Shown here: positions 1 through 12,946 of the stretch, piece after piece
Layout: each line of letters begins with the position of its first letter
How positions within the stretch are numbered: the first letter of the stretch is position 1
NCBI RefSeq assembly: GCF_037042905.1
Contig: NC_087250.1
Span: forward strand, 21,330,001 to 21,394,000
Reading direction: 5' to 3'
DNA length: 64,000 nt
From: Lytechinus pictus
Taxonomy: Eukaryota
Program-made: the position numbers and the translations under genes
Notes under the pieces: generated by a model
Database searches by the model: none
What the model saw: the letters and a program-made list of their open reading frames with translations, nothing else
Told to the model about the DNA's origin: nothing

Positions 1-117
1 TTTCTTATGTAGGCCTTTAAGAAATGAACAAGAATCTGAAACTAGTTTTGATGAAAATTATGGGTACTTTGAAAATTTGATAAATAATATTATACCCCTA
101 CGGAATTTGGAAATGCA

Positions 118-434
118 TTGAAATTACATGGTGAGAAAAATCTGATTTTGGCAAATTTCAATTGCCGTAGTTTAAAGTGTAATTTTGAGACATTCACTAA
201 TTGTCTTGATGAAATTGGTCAGAAATTGTCATTTATTGGTACTTGTGAAACATGGCTCAATAATGAGGAAGAACATGAATGTATGATTCCAGGTTATACA
301 TTTGTAGGCAAACACAGACATAACAAAAGAGGAGGAGGCGTAGGCATGTATATAAATGATTATATAAAATATATAAAACGCCCAGACTTGGTCACATTTA
401 TTGAAAATATCGAAAGCCTGTTCATTGAAATTCA
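118..434 (+). mobile_element. L2/CR1-group LINE endonuclease fragment
   Basis: NFNCRSL, IGTCETWL, RGGGVGMYI and IESLFIEI are APE-type motifs. The frame is cut off by the palindromic insert at 435. Confidence 0.8.
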
Positions 435-740
435 AAATTTCTTGGTGGAAGCTGAATGGTGAGGTGAAGCTCTGTCCTGCAGGAAAATCTGTCCTTGAAA
501 GAGGGAATGTAGCTGGAGGTCAGAATCTCTTGATACTGAATGCTGTCCACGTACTCTGCAGATCTTTGTTGCACCACCAGATCTGATGTAGCCCCAAGAT
601 CTGCAGAGAAGATGGGACCATTTACAGCATTAGGTTTTTAACAGATTCTGACCTCCAGCTACATTCTTACCTACCTACAAGGGCAGATTTTCCAGCAGGA
701 TGGAGCTCTTTGTCACACGTCAGCTTCCACCAAGAAATTT
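435..740. mobile_element. Palindromic MITE-like element
   Basis: AAATTTCTTGGTGGAAGCTGA at 435 and its exact reverse complement ending at 740, with imperfect symmetry over about 110 bp per arm. Confidence 0.75.
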
Positions 741-1091
741 ATTCAGCACAAGAAGATCAAATGTCTTGAGAATAGGACAGCACAGTCTCCAGACATGACT
801 TTTATTGAGCATGTATGAAGCAGAATGAATGAGAGCACATGGAAACGAAGCCAAATAATGTGGGGGGAGTTGTGGAACACTCGTGAGGCCATCTTTTATG
901 CCATTCTGATGCCTACATCAACAAACTGGTACGACCCCCTCCCAAGACCAAGGCCAAAATAAGGCACAGCAGATACTAAAGTGTTAATTCCCGGTGTTGC
1001 AGTTAGTATGATGTTGATGTGATGTCAGAAGCAATGTTTGTTGATTCAGTCTGAATGATTTGTAAATTGCGACATGACTTTTGTCCAGCTG

Positions 1092-1640
1092 AAAAAAAAG
1101 GCCTACTTGACATTATTCAATTCAATTCAAATAAAACATTTATTTTCTTCTATTTCATCACATAGTTTTCTTGTAACATACATACATAAATACATAAATC
1201 AATTTGTTATGAAAAATATAAATATATACATGTTGGGTTTAAGGAAGAAGGCGTATACCCTAAAAGCTGAGGCTTGTGGCGGGATACGCCTATAGACATA
1301 AATACAATACAATCAACAATACAAAGGAAAGGGCAGAGAAAAGAAGAAAAGGAAAGGGAACAAGAGAGGGAGACGTGAGCGGGGAGGCGGGCATGAAAAT
1401 AGAATCCTCAACAAAATATCAGTGGGGGGGGGGGCAAAATATAAATGCCGCAACCACAATTGTCCATGGTTCATCTTATCATGTTTAAAGTCAAAAGGAA
1501 ACGTAAGATGAGAAATATTTATATATAAAACGACAGAAGCAATTTTTTTCATTTTATACTTAAAGCTGGTTGTCGATAGAGATTTTTTTATGTAATCCGG
1601 AATTTCAATTTATGTCACTGTTCTCATTAGCGTAGATTAA
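1092..1640 (-). mobile_element. L2/CR1-group LINE 3' end
   Basis: Minus-strand C-terminal residues IPDYIKKSLSTTSFKYKMKK, a 3' UTR stem-loop at 1249-1291, and AATAAA followed by a (TTGAA)n tail. Confidence 0.6.
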
Positions 1641-3084
1641 ATTTAATTTCTCTGCTGCCAAATAATATTTTTAAACATTAGAATTAATCTGAAAGATATC
1701 ACAGATCAGATGATTTTTGGTAAAGTTAGAAAGTGATTACTTCATCAGCAGTACCTGCGACAAGACTTATGTACATTACAGTAATACGCTAATGGTTTTC
1801 TGCGGTTGTAATAGTTTAACTACTTGAGGTATTAATACCTTATTATGAAATACCTTACTTCGTTTTGTATATCTTTGCATTTGTTGGTCATTTGCTATTA
1901 TCAGGGGAAGCGGAATTGCAATAAACTTGTACTAAATCTTTTAAAATACACGAACTACCCTTTCTGCATGGTCATTCATTAGGGATATAACTGTTTGGGG
2001 ATACAATTGCATAAGGCCTATGTGTGTTAACATATATCCATATATCTCTCTAACTATGCCATCAAAATTAGAAATAACTGCTATCGAATATTTATTTCGG
2101 CACCTTCGGAGTTGACGCTGATTAAAGGTACGACCTGGATCTGTTAAAAAAACACGAACTTTGAGAGATTGTGTAGATGAATCAGGGAGAACACCTGGTT
2201 ATTTCTTCATCTTTAGCCTGCAACATCATAGCACTGTCATCGAAATGTATCTATACCATATTTCATGTCGTAGATGGCGCCCTTAGGTTTTGTGACGGAG
2301 ATAACACAGAATTACGGGACATAAAATATCCGACAAAATTGTTGTTTTCTTGCAAAATTTTCAACATGTACTCATATTTACATATATTCATTCAAGAAAA
2401 GAACTATCATCGGTATTTCTCAGGCACAGAGCCTAATATAATATTCATCCATTCGGAATTTATGAAATTATGATTCAATTTTGATGATATCGTCGGGACA
2501 TGCGGTTGTATTAGGGGGTTCGGCACATTCAGACAAAACAACAACAAAAAATCACCGAACAGATTAATTTCTCCAAACTCCGTTAATATACATTGTTAAA
2601 GACATTCATGTCAGCATAAATAGAGAAAAGTTAAAGTTAAAATCACATAAATATTTCTTTGATTATCATGATTATTATGATTATCGGGACACAAAAGGAG
2701 ACACTTAAGTTTGCGAAGTATCACCATCATAATGAGTGACCTGTGCTTTTGTGCTCCTGGAAAATCTTGGTAAAAACATAGCTTAGCCTTGACATAACCC
2801 TCTTACTACGGTTATTGAGTCTTCAATTGAGAAGATTAACAAAAACTGACATTTGAACAAAATCAACAGGAGCAGTACTCAACCACGTAGCCAGGATTTC
2901 ATTTAGGAGGGGGCGGTAAATGCACGCGAAGCATGCCAACAATTAAAGAGCGCGCGAAGCGCGCTCCCTAGGAGATGGGTGCAGGGAGGGGGAGTTTCCC
3001 CCTCCCTTGCGAAGCGCGAAGTTTTCGGTGTTTCATAAATTAAAATTAAAATGAGCCGTCTCTCCTGTCTCTAGTATTATATAT

Positions 3085-5545
3085 TTGTTAGAAGTATGGA
3101 TAGACATGATAGAGACGAAGGATTTTCGATTTAAATCTGATACATTTAAAGGAAATGTTTTTAACAATAAATTTGTACGAATTCAAGGGAAATGCATATT
3201 TAACCAAAAGGTATGTGAAAATAATATTTACAGAGTGAAAAAAATTATGGATTATGATAGAAACTTAAGGTCATTTTCGTACTTCCAAAGACAGGGTTTA
3301 AACATAAATGATTTTCATTTGATAGAGTCAATTTATAAAACTATTCCAGTCAGCTGGAAACGAAATATGAAAATAGATAGCAAAGAGGCTTCTCTTAGGG
3401 AAGGAATATCATTTATATCTGAAAAAGAATTTTGTCAATAGATCTAGAGGAGTTAGTATCCAAAGGGGGGGGGGGGGGTTGGGAGGTAGAACATCACTTT
3501 TTGGGCGCCGCTTTTCCGACGGCGACGGCGGCGGCGGCGGCGTCAACACCAAATCTTAACCTTAGGTTAAGTTTTTGAAATGACAGCATAACTTAGAAAG
3601 TATATGGACCTAGTTCATGAAACTTGGCCATAAGGTTAATCAAGTATTACTGAACATCCTGCCTGAGTTTCATATCACATGACCAAGGTCAAAGGTCATT
3701 TAGGGTCAATGAACTTAGACCATGTTGGGGGAATCAACATCAAAATCTTAACCTAAGGTTAAGTTTTTGAAATGTCATCATAACTTAGAAAATATATGGA
3801 CCTAGTTCATGAAACTTATACATAAGGTTAATCAAGTATCACTGAACATCCTGCATGAGTTTCACGTCACATGACCAAGGTCAAAGGTCATTTAGGGTCA
3901 ATGAACTTTGGCCGAATTGGGGGTATCTGTTGAATTACCATCATAACTTTGAAAGTTTATGGATCTGATTCATGAAACTTGGACATAATAGTAATCAAGT
4001 ATTACTGAACATCCTGTGCAAGTTTCAGGTCACATGATCAAGGTCAAAGGTCATTTAGGGTCAATGAACTTTGGCCAAATTGGGGTATTTGTTGAATTAC
4101 AGCCATAAATTTGAAAGTGTGTTGGTCTAGTTCATAAAACTTGGACATAATAGTAATCAAGTATCACTGAACATCCTGTGCGAGTTTCAGGTCACATGAT
4201 CAAGGTCAAAGGTCATGTAAGGTCAAAGAACTTTGGCCACGTTGGGGGTATTTGTTGAATTGCCATCATATCTCTATGAGTGTATTGGTCTAGTTCATAA
4301 AACGTGGAAATAAGAGTAACCAAGTATCACTGAACATCTTGTGCGAGTTATAGTAGTTTTCAAAATCAGCACTGCTGCTATATTGAATCGCGTGATGCAG
4401 GTGAGACGGCCAGAGGCATTCCACTTGTTATCTTTTTTTTCTCTCTTATCATTTCATACATCTTGTTAATATTTCATTTTGTAATTGCTGAAACGCATTA
4501 GTATTAATTTCAAGTATCTTTGAAGTTTGATGTACAGGTATAATTTGTATGATTATACTTGTTATGGTTTTATTGTATAATTTATAATCATGTTTCAAAT
4601 AATATGTACAACTTGCTTATGGAATGTGAATGTGTATTTTGATTTGAGAGAATTCAATAAAACATCCTTAAAAAATATTTTAAAAAATCGAAAAGAAGTT
4701 TTGTATTTTTGCAGATTTCAGTCGTTTTATTTTTCATTAGTTTGAAATCTTTTTTAATCGATTACAATATTGATTAGAGGAAGAAACATATCGCCATCTA
4801 TTTTTGGAATGTGAATATGCTTGTTTGGTTTGGGATAATTGTAAGAAGATGTTTGGTTTTATTTCGACGGGCAATTTAAGCTGGGAGGAAATTCTTGTAG
4901 GTGTAGAATTAAATGACGAAGGAAAGGAACGTTTAGTCAATCATTTTCTAATCTTTGTTAAATTTTTAATCTTCAAAGGGAAGGAAAAGGGTGCACTTAT
5001 AACCATGGATGAAATTAAAAGGAAATTTAAAGAAGAAGAATGGGAAGAAAGAAGGCTGGCGCTAGGTAGAGGTAAGATGTCTCTACATTTAAGGAAATGG
5101 GAAAATCTGAATTAAAAGAATATATAGGGAGAGTGAGGCAAAGGTATATATACAACGAGAGACAAAACCACACAAAAAATACAAAAATAAATAAATACGG
5201 AGAATTGTAGTCCCTTCCATGTAGAGTATAGGCATAAAAAGGGGAGGGTGCTCCTAACCTAGGGACCGGGGGGGGGGGGTTGGGAGGTAGAACAACACTT
5301 TTTATCTTTTTTTTTCTCTCTTATCATTCATACATCTTGTTAATATTTCATTTTGTAATTGCTGAAACGCATTAGTATTAATTTCTAGTATCTTTGAAGT
5401 TTGATGTATAGTTTGTATAATTATATTTGTTATGGATTTATTGTATAATTTATAATCATGTTTCAAATAGTTTGTACAACTTGCTTATGGAATGTGAATG
5501 TTTATTTTGATTTGAGAGAATACAATAAAACATCCTTAAAAAAAA
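3085..5545 (+). mobile_element. Rearranged L1/Tx1-like LINE 3' fragment
   Basis: ORF pieces at 3085-3441 and about 4780-5115 include EETYRHLFLECEYACLVW (zf-RVT-like). The 3' UTR with AATAAA and poly(A) occurs twice. Confidence 0.65.
3504..4428 (+). mobile_element. Helentron-type non-autonomous element (HINE/DINE-like) with ~162-bp tandem array
   Basis: Repeat landmarks at 3684, 3876, 4039 and 4201, a (GGC)n tract, and a 3' subTIR TGCAGGTGAGAC ending ...CACTTGTT. It is inserted in a T run of the LINE 3' UTR; the uninterrupted site is at about 5300. Confidence 0.75.
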
Positions 5546-5591
5546 TCGTTTATAAAACAAAAATTGTTTATTAAAGAGGGAATTCACCCTT

Positions 5592-6054
5592 AAAGCGACC
5601 TTTCATTGACAAATCATGGGGAAATCAAGACCAATCTCAGAACGGAGAAGGGTTTAAAGTCTTTCACTCGGGTGTATATGCCTAGGGGTGTTATGTAATA
5701 GACGCCGGCATGCCTGGGAGGTCTAATACAGGAGAGCAATAGTTAGACTAACCAAGCAGAAGAAAAATGTGTTTTCGCTTTGAAACATGTAACTTCACAA
5801 AGGTTATTTATTTTGGTTTAGCAATCAAGAGACCTGCTAAGAGTCTAGGAATTGGGATTGTTGGAAACTAGAACTGCGATAGCCCGAATTAAATAACGAT
5901 CACGAGTTCGGTCGAATTCGTGTTGTCCGAACTTTTATCGCATTAGTCCGACGGGCTCTCATGACGGACGGAATATATTATGCAAGTCAATTGGCCTTTT
6001 GCAAATTTCGTATTGATTCAATTTCCCCATGATTTGACAATATAAGGTCGCTTT
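5592..6054. mobile_element. MITE with ~33-bp TIRs
   Basis: AAAGCGACCTTTCATTGACAAATCATGGGGAAAT and ATTTCCCCATGATTTGACAATATAAGGTCGCTTT. Confidence 0.7.
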
Positions 6055-7210
6055 GACAGAAATGATAATACACAAATTGTAGGTTTGCCGAAAAATCAAT
6101 TAAAGATTAAGAAAGTGAATATAATTTCAAGTTTTGGATATGTGATTTCATAACCGAGCAGTTGTTTCATATTTTGATTAATATAAAATGCCTAAATTAA
6201 AATGTTTTACTTTGTTTGAGATGACTTATTTTTGTATTCTCTTTAGGAGCCGATGTGAAATAATCGGACTATTGATGTACTCGTGATACAGTAAAACCTA
6301 CATTTAAATTTTCTGAGAAAGTGGCCTTTCGCCGATTATTTTACCATACGATATGAGGATAAACTGCTCGCATTACGTCACAAGTCAAACTGCTACTTTT
6401 ACAATGAACGCTTTTTCAGGGTGAACCAAATTTTAATAAATGGCTTGTAATTCTTTGGCCGGGTAGTCTATTAAAGGCGCTTGATCACAAAAGTCATGTG
6501 TTGTGTCCTTGGTCACGGCACTTGTGTCCGTGAGCAAGGAATTTAATCAACAATTTTATTCTTCATTCAAACACATGACAATGATAGAGCATTATTTATA
6601 TATTTATGTGTGCACTTGTTTAAAAACATCAATGAATTTTATTCAGTAGAATAGAAATGGTTTTGTAGTGTTCTCCTGAATTTCACAGTCATTTGCATAA
6701 TTAATTACTTCAAATTTATTCAAAACTACTCTTCAGCCTTGTAGTTTACAGCCGGCCCTAGGCATTTTGTGCGAATTTTTGCGACTGGAACACGAAGGTT
6801 AAGATTAATTGCCGATTGAAATGGCCTATCAAGATCATCGTTGCATTCGTATTTTATTCAGTAGGCTATCGAGGAACCAATCAGAATTGTTCTTTCATAT
6901 TAGCGATTAGTTGATAACCTGTGTGTTACAGGCCCCAATAGTCGAGATCGGAAGAGGGGGTGAATTTGATCTGGTCTTGCCCATTTCAAATAATTATGAC
7001 CAAAACAGAGTGATATTCATTCTCAGACACGTTAACCAAACGCTTCAGTGCCTCAACAAAATTAGACTTACAATCGATTATAACTTATAAAGTAAAAGAA
7101 AAAAAGCGAAAATGGAACTTGTTTATTTATAATGTGAATGTGTCCTATGAAGTTATTAATCACTCATTAATAAGCTATCTTGGCCGATTCTTAAAAATGC
7201 AGTTTTCACA

Positions 7211-7393
7211 ACTGGGCGTTGTGGCGTGCGCCTGTAATCCAAGCTATGTGGGGAAGTTACAAATTGATGCAGAGGTTCGAGGTACGAGCCCTGGTCACGT
7301 CTTTCGGATGGTGACGTAAAAGGTCGGTCCCAGACGTAAATAAACATATCTGATTGATACACGTCTGACAAAACTCAAATACACACACACACA
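7211..7393 (+). mobile_element. SINE with 7SL (SRP RNA Alu-domain)-like head, copy 1
   Basis: Head ACTGGGCGTTGTGGCGTGCGCCTGTAATCCAAGCTA, B-box-like motif, 3' stem CAGACGT/ACGTCTG and a (CA)n tail. A second copy is at 30282. Confidence 0.7.
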
Positions 7394-7486
7394 AACGAAT
7401 TAATGGTAAAAACGGTTTTAATCGATTACAATATTGATATTATATAATAAAAAAAAATAATATAATTTATTTATACAAAAATAAAC

Positions 7487-8178
7487 GGAGCCGTGGCCGA
7501 GTGGACTAAGGCGCCTAACATCACTTTTAAATGCACTGTCAATGATTATAAAGTCATTCATCTTTTTTTTATTTTTTTTTATTATGTTTAAAGGCTTTTC
7601 AGTCTTTTTAGACTATTTAATCTGGGGTGATTCTTTAAAATGCAGCTTTCATAAGAAAGGTAATGGTTGAAGCAAAAGTACTTTGTTATATTAGCAGATT
7701 TCTGTCATATTATTTATTTATTGTTGGTTTGAAATTTTTTTAAATTGATTTCAACATTGATAAAAAATTATAATTACTTTATACAAAAATAAAATAAAAC
7801 AATTTTATTGTCATAGTTTTAAGGCGCCTGGCAATACATGGAAAGTCCGGGGTTCGATCCTCGGCGGCGGTACCAATGCCTGTTTTTAATCGATAATGGT
7901 CTTTTATCCTGCATTCAAATAAATGAACATGCTATACACACTCTTGGTAACTAGGTGTGCACTTGTAAAAAAAATAGTTGATAAAATTAAAATAACAAAT
8001 AAAACAAGTAACTTTAATAATACAAAAATAAAATGAGTCATAACCGAGCGGTCTAAAGGGCCTGACAATACATGGAAAGTCCGGGGTTCGATCTTCGATA
8101 ATGGTCTTTTATCATGCATTCAAATAAATGAGAATGGTATACGCATTTTGGTAACTAGGTGTGCACTTGCTAAAAAGA
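7487..8178 (+). mobile_element. Two degenerate copies of the same tRNA-derived SINE, the first interrupted at 7517-7819
   Basis: A-box at 7495, B-boxes at about 7850 and 8085, and a shared 3' end GGTAACTAGGTGTGCACTTG. A more decayed copy lies at about 6456-6627. Confidence 0.6.
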
Positions 8179-8678
8179 AATAAAAGCTCAAATTTGTTTC
8201 ACTGTCGAAATTGTTACTTTGAACAGTCGAATGCATTGAGAAATCTGTCTCGATCCAGACCCCCATGATCAATACCATAGTTTGCTATCAACAGAAACAT
8301 GCCGATAACCAATCAATATCGTCGTCAAACGCTCAATCTGTTCCTAAGATTGGACTATCAGGCATTTAGATTTGTTCTTTCATTCTTGTGATTTAAATGG
8401 GTAGCGAACAACACTGACTAAAACTTTGTGTAGTGTCTCATTGATTCTGTTCATGTTTTAAGAATGGCTACTTTAGTAGGGTTATCCCACAAACACCTAA
8501 ACACAAAATCCAATACCATACATGAATGGCTAGTCTTAAAATATACATTTTGTTAAATTAGACGAACTAAAGTTGATTTAACAAATTATTCTCTTCCTCT
8601 CTCTCCCACTTTCTTCCCCCCCCCCTTTCCCCCACAAACACCCACGCACACAATCCAACACTATGCAATAATTTCACT

Positions 8679-11623
8679 GGTTCTAGGACAACTACCCCCT
8701 GGACAATCACCCCCCGGACAACTACCCCCCGGACAATTACCCCCCGAGGACAATTACCCCCCGGACAATTACCCCCCGAGGACAACTACCCCCCGAGGAC
8801 AATTACCCCCCGGACAACTACCCCCCGGACAATTACCCCCCGGACAACTACCCCCCGGACAACTACCCCCCGGACAATTACCCCCCGGACAATTACCCCC
8901 CGGACAACTACCCCCCGGACAACTACCCCCCGGACAATTACCCCCCGGAAAATTACCCCCCGGACATTTACCCCCCGGAAAATTACCCCCTGGACAATTA
9001 CCCCCCAGACAATTACCTTCAGAAAATACCCCCTTCTCTCCAGCATCAATGTTAGAATAAGGCGGGACCCATTGTAAGTTTTGGTTGGTGGCACAGGTTT
9101 CCGAAATATTTTCTACTTTATCTTACGTTAATAACTTTTTCTTTCTCTTTTATATTGCTCTTTCTCCTGTTTTCTCACTTTCTTCTTTTTTACTTTTTTG
9201 TTTTTGTTTAGCGGCGCCTTCTGCATCATGAAAAATGGGGGGGGGGGGGGCTTGCACCCGAAACCTCCCGTTTGGCTATGCATATATACATCAGAAAATT
9301 TGTAAACTGGCCCTCATTCTAAGTTTTCATAGAACAATTGAACACGATTAGTCATAATAATCACATATGCTGAATATCCCTGATTCCAACTGATCTGATT
9401 TTTTTTAATATTTATTTTGGGTTTAATTTCAGGTAAGAAATCAGGCAAATAGATAAAACGTAAAAAAAACCACCTTAATAGGTAGAAAAATTGAAAGTCG
9501 ATAACGCAACTATGAACACTAATACTGTCAAGTAGACCTATAAATCTGTTTTTTTAACAGTTCAACTAACAAGAAGCTAAGAATTATGAAACAATTGGTG
9601 CACATTCCAGATTAAGATGTGGCTTTATAACTTAATACAGTTAGCTAAAAAACGTTATGCAAAGATAATACACACAAGAACACCTTGTAAATTACAAGGT
9701 GTGTTTGTGTGTATTATTCTTGGGTGAAAGCAATTAAACATTAAAGAAGGAAATTAAGTACCAAATTTACTAAATTGTAAACAATATGACATAGTCAAAT
9801 ACAGTGTTTTTTCTATACAAATTGGCAATCATGATAGTATACAATTCGTTTAAGGTGCATTTTAAGGACGGTTTGTAAGAATTTATAAAGAAGTAGGCCT
9901 ATGCAAATCAAATAATGCGACCGAGCACCGTGAGCTAAAAATATTAATATTTAGACCATAAAACGGACATTTTACAGAGCACTTGAAAAATCAATGTGTA
10001 AATTAAAAAATAATGAAAGCTCGATATCCGAGATGAAATATGTTTTGTATATTGACTTCGAAACTTGATATTTTAAGCTCCATATCAGCCTATATTGAGC
10101 AAGATATTAATCTCATCGAAAAAGCAATGCGAGCGCGAAGCGCGAGCGGAAAATACTTGATATTCCGGTATGAAAATGGTGAATTTGAGCACTATCTAAA
10201 GCATTGTGTATGGAAATTGTGAAGTGGATGTGGAAAGCACTTAATAAATGATATCTTCATTATTATTTTGACCTAGGACCTGGACATTCTAGGTCTAAGG
10301 ACATTTTGTCATCAAATGAAAATGATGACAACTTTCTTATTCCTCTTCCTGAGCGCGATATGAAACATATGAAACTGTGATATTGTCGATATTTTTTTCT
10401 GAAAAGGGACAATTTAGTCATTAAGAATTCATGAAAATTTTATTATCATATTTATTAATGTAATAAGCCTAAATGAGTGAGTAAAATGTGTTGACACGGA
10501 GGCCTGAAAACTTGATATTTTAAGCACTTTTGTAATCATGAATAGGATTTGTGAGTTGATATATTTTTAACAAAAATGCGAGCGCAAATCGTGAGACGAA
10601 ATTTTTGGTAAACTGTCATAAAAGGGGGGTTTTAAGTAGTTTGTTATATAATTTGGCAAATCAAATAATTCGAGCGCATAGCGCAAGCTGCAAGTTATAT
10701 TCACACCATAAAACGGACATTAAACAGAGCACTTAAAAATCAGTTTGTAAATCAAACAAAATTATGAATAATGTCCGAGCTGAAATATGCTTTGTAATAT
10801 CGACTTCAAAACTTGACATTTTAAGCTACATATCAGCCTATTTAGCAAGATGTGTATCTCATCGAACAGGCTATGCGAGCCCGAAGCGCGAGCGAAAAAA
10901 ATTAATATAGTGACATGAAATATATTTTTTAATCATTTTCCAAGTCATCCCCTGACCTTTTTTTTTTCACTCGTCTCCCTCTTATTTTAACTCTTATTTT
11001 TCCTCCTTTCTTTCCCCTTCTTTTTCTTTTTTCTTTCTTTCCCCCTTTTTTCTTCATTTTTTTTGCTCTGCCGATAGGGGGGGGGGCGATCCCCTCGCCC
11101 CCCTGGATCCGCCTATGGATAGAGCTCAATTTTACAGCTTTCTTACGGCGTACGTTTGATTCCAAGATACTCGAGAATGCCTTGAGTACTTCTTACGTCA
11201 AACGTACGGCCGACGTATGACTCTGTGCACTCCCTTTGTCTATATAGGGGGTAATTGTCCGGGGGGTAGTTGTCCGGGGGGTAATTGTCCGGGGGGTAAT
11301 TGTCCTCGGGGGGTAGTTGTCCGGGGGGTAATTGTCCGGGGGGTAATTGTCCGGGGGGTAGTTGTCCGGGGGGTAATTGTCCTCGGGGGGTAGTTGTCCG
11401 GGGGGTAATTGTCCGGGGGGGTAATTGTCCGGGGGGTAGTTGTCCGGGGGGTAGTTGTCCGGGGGGTAATTGTCCGGGGGGTAATTGTCCTCGGGGGGTA
11501 GTTGTCCTCAGGGGGTAATTGTCCGGGGGGTAAATGTCCGGGGGGTAATTGTCCTCGGGGGGTAATTGTCCGGGGGGTAGTTGTCCGGGGGGTGATTGTC
11601 CAGGGGGTAGTTGTCCTGATACC
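8679..11623. mobile_element. Foldback (TU/Mutator-like) non-autonomous transposon with 15-bp minisatellite TIRs
   Basis: (GGACAAYTACCCCCC)n at 8686-9017 and inverted at about 11245-11617. Termini GGTT/TACC and a perfect 9-bp TSD AATTTCACT (8670-8678, 11624-11632). Confidence 0.9.
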
Positions 11624-12360
11624 AATTTCACTTTGGGATGTATGTTTTTATTCGTGTTATTGATTATTACAACGCGCCCTCTCGCGCTCAAGATTAATTA
11701 CTTATACGTTCAATCATTTTTACACAATGATAAAACACGAATGAATTGAATAAGATTATGAATGTGATACATCCTACTTCAACCATGAACAGCTCTAACT
11801 TGTTCCAAACATCTCAACACTGATTGTATAAAATGACCGTCATACGTACGGAATTGTTTATATTAGTTGTTGACATTGTCACATTGTCTTTGTATTTTAC
11901 AAACAATCTTATAACCATAGGAAAAAAAGGGAAATATTTTTTTATGTACTTTTCATATTGCGATTAAAAGAGTTAAGCGTGCAAATAGTACTGTTATATT
12001 AATGAATAAAGCTAAACTCGTTATTCATGTTTGGTCATTTTCCATATGTCGTGGGTAGGACAATAAAGAGCAGTCAAGACGCCAAAAGATTGAGTTGTAG
12101 TCGATCTTTTATTTTACAGCCAGATCAAAGTGTCATGAAAACGAAACCAAAACAAACAAAAACCCTGCAAAGACATGATAAATACAATAAGTAAGTACAC
12201 TGTGCTACAAGGCAGTCATATTCTGTAATATACATCTTAGTATTGCATTGAAAATTTATATAGATGTTTTTGTAGTAATATTAAGTGTTTCAACAAATAT
12301 GAAATTTATAATCTTTCTAAGTTCAATTTGTAAATAATATTAAAATCTTCAGTTATAAAA

Positions 12361-12504
12361 TTACATGTTATTCATTAACACCCCCATCTGTATCATCAAA
12401 TCAGATAATGAATAAATTGTATATCTTTTCTCGAGAACATCGTCACCCCGAATGTGACATGAAAATCCTCTGACTTGCTTCTCAATAGTTACTTCCTCGT
12501 TATC
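12361..12504 (-). CDS. Possible terminal coding exon (47 aa plus stop), of the NLR or spurious
   Basis: Acceptor cacag|GAT in phase 0, open to TAA, with AATAAA on the minus strand at 12108-12113. No homology recognised. Confidence 0.15.
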   Translation of the reverse strand, partial: DNEEVTIEKQVRGFSCHIRGDDVLEKRYTIYSLSDLMIQMGVLMNNM

Positions 12505-12946
12505 CTGTGATAACACTCGTCATCTTACAAGGCAAGAACAAAATAAGTTTGGAAATAAAAATCTAACTTGCAACCCTTACTCTTAAATCTTAAAACCTTA
12601 AATATCTTCTAAAAATAAAGTTAAATGAAATGCATACTGGAGGTAGGCCTACACATATATAAGTTTGAGAGTATTTAGAATCATTTAATTACATTATTGG
12701 ATATTACTTATTACTATTGCTACAAGAACTGCCATTTTTAATAATCTATTACAATAAAGATACCTTATATTTTATAGAATCTTCAATGATCTGAAGCAAA
12801 AACTCTTATCAATCATCAAATTCAAAACAAGACATAAATATATCATATCATCTTCTGGTCCATAGCAAAACTGTAATATTTACAAAACCTCATAAATAAA
12901 CTCACTTGATTCAACAACATTACTCCAACTCTTAAGGCCCTGTCAC

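Noticed and set aside
7211..7393. True SRP (7SL) RNA gene or primate Alu contamination
   Set aside because: Similarity stops after about 45 nt, there is no S domain or Alu dimer, and the tail is (CA)n.
8567..9094. VIVRG-repeat ORFs
   Set aside because: Same minisatellite, left arm.
11143..11749. ORFs with GQLPP or GGNCP repeats resembling structural proteins
   Set aside because: They are translations of the 15-bp minisatellite TIR and are open in several frames.
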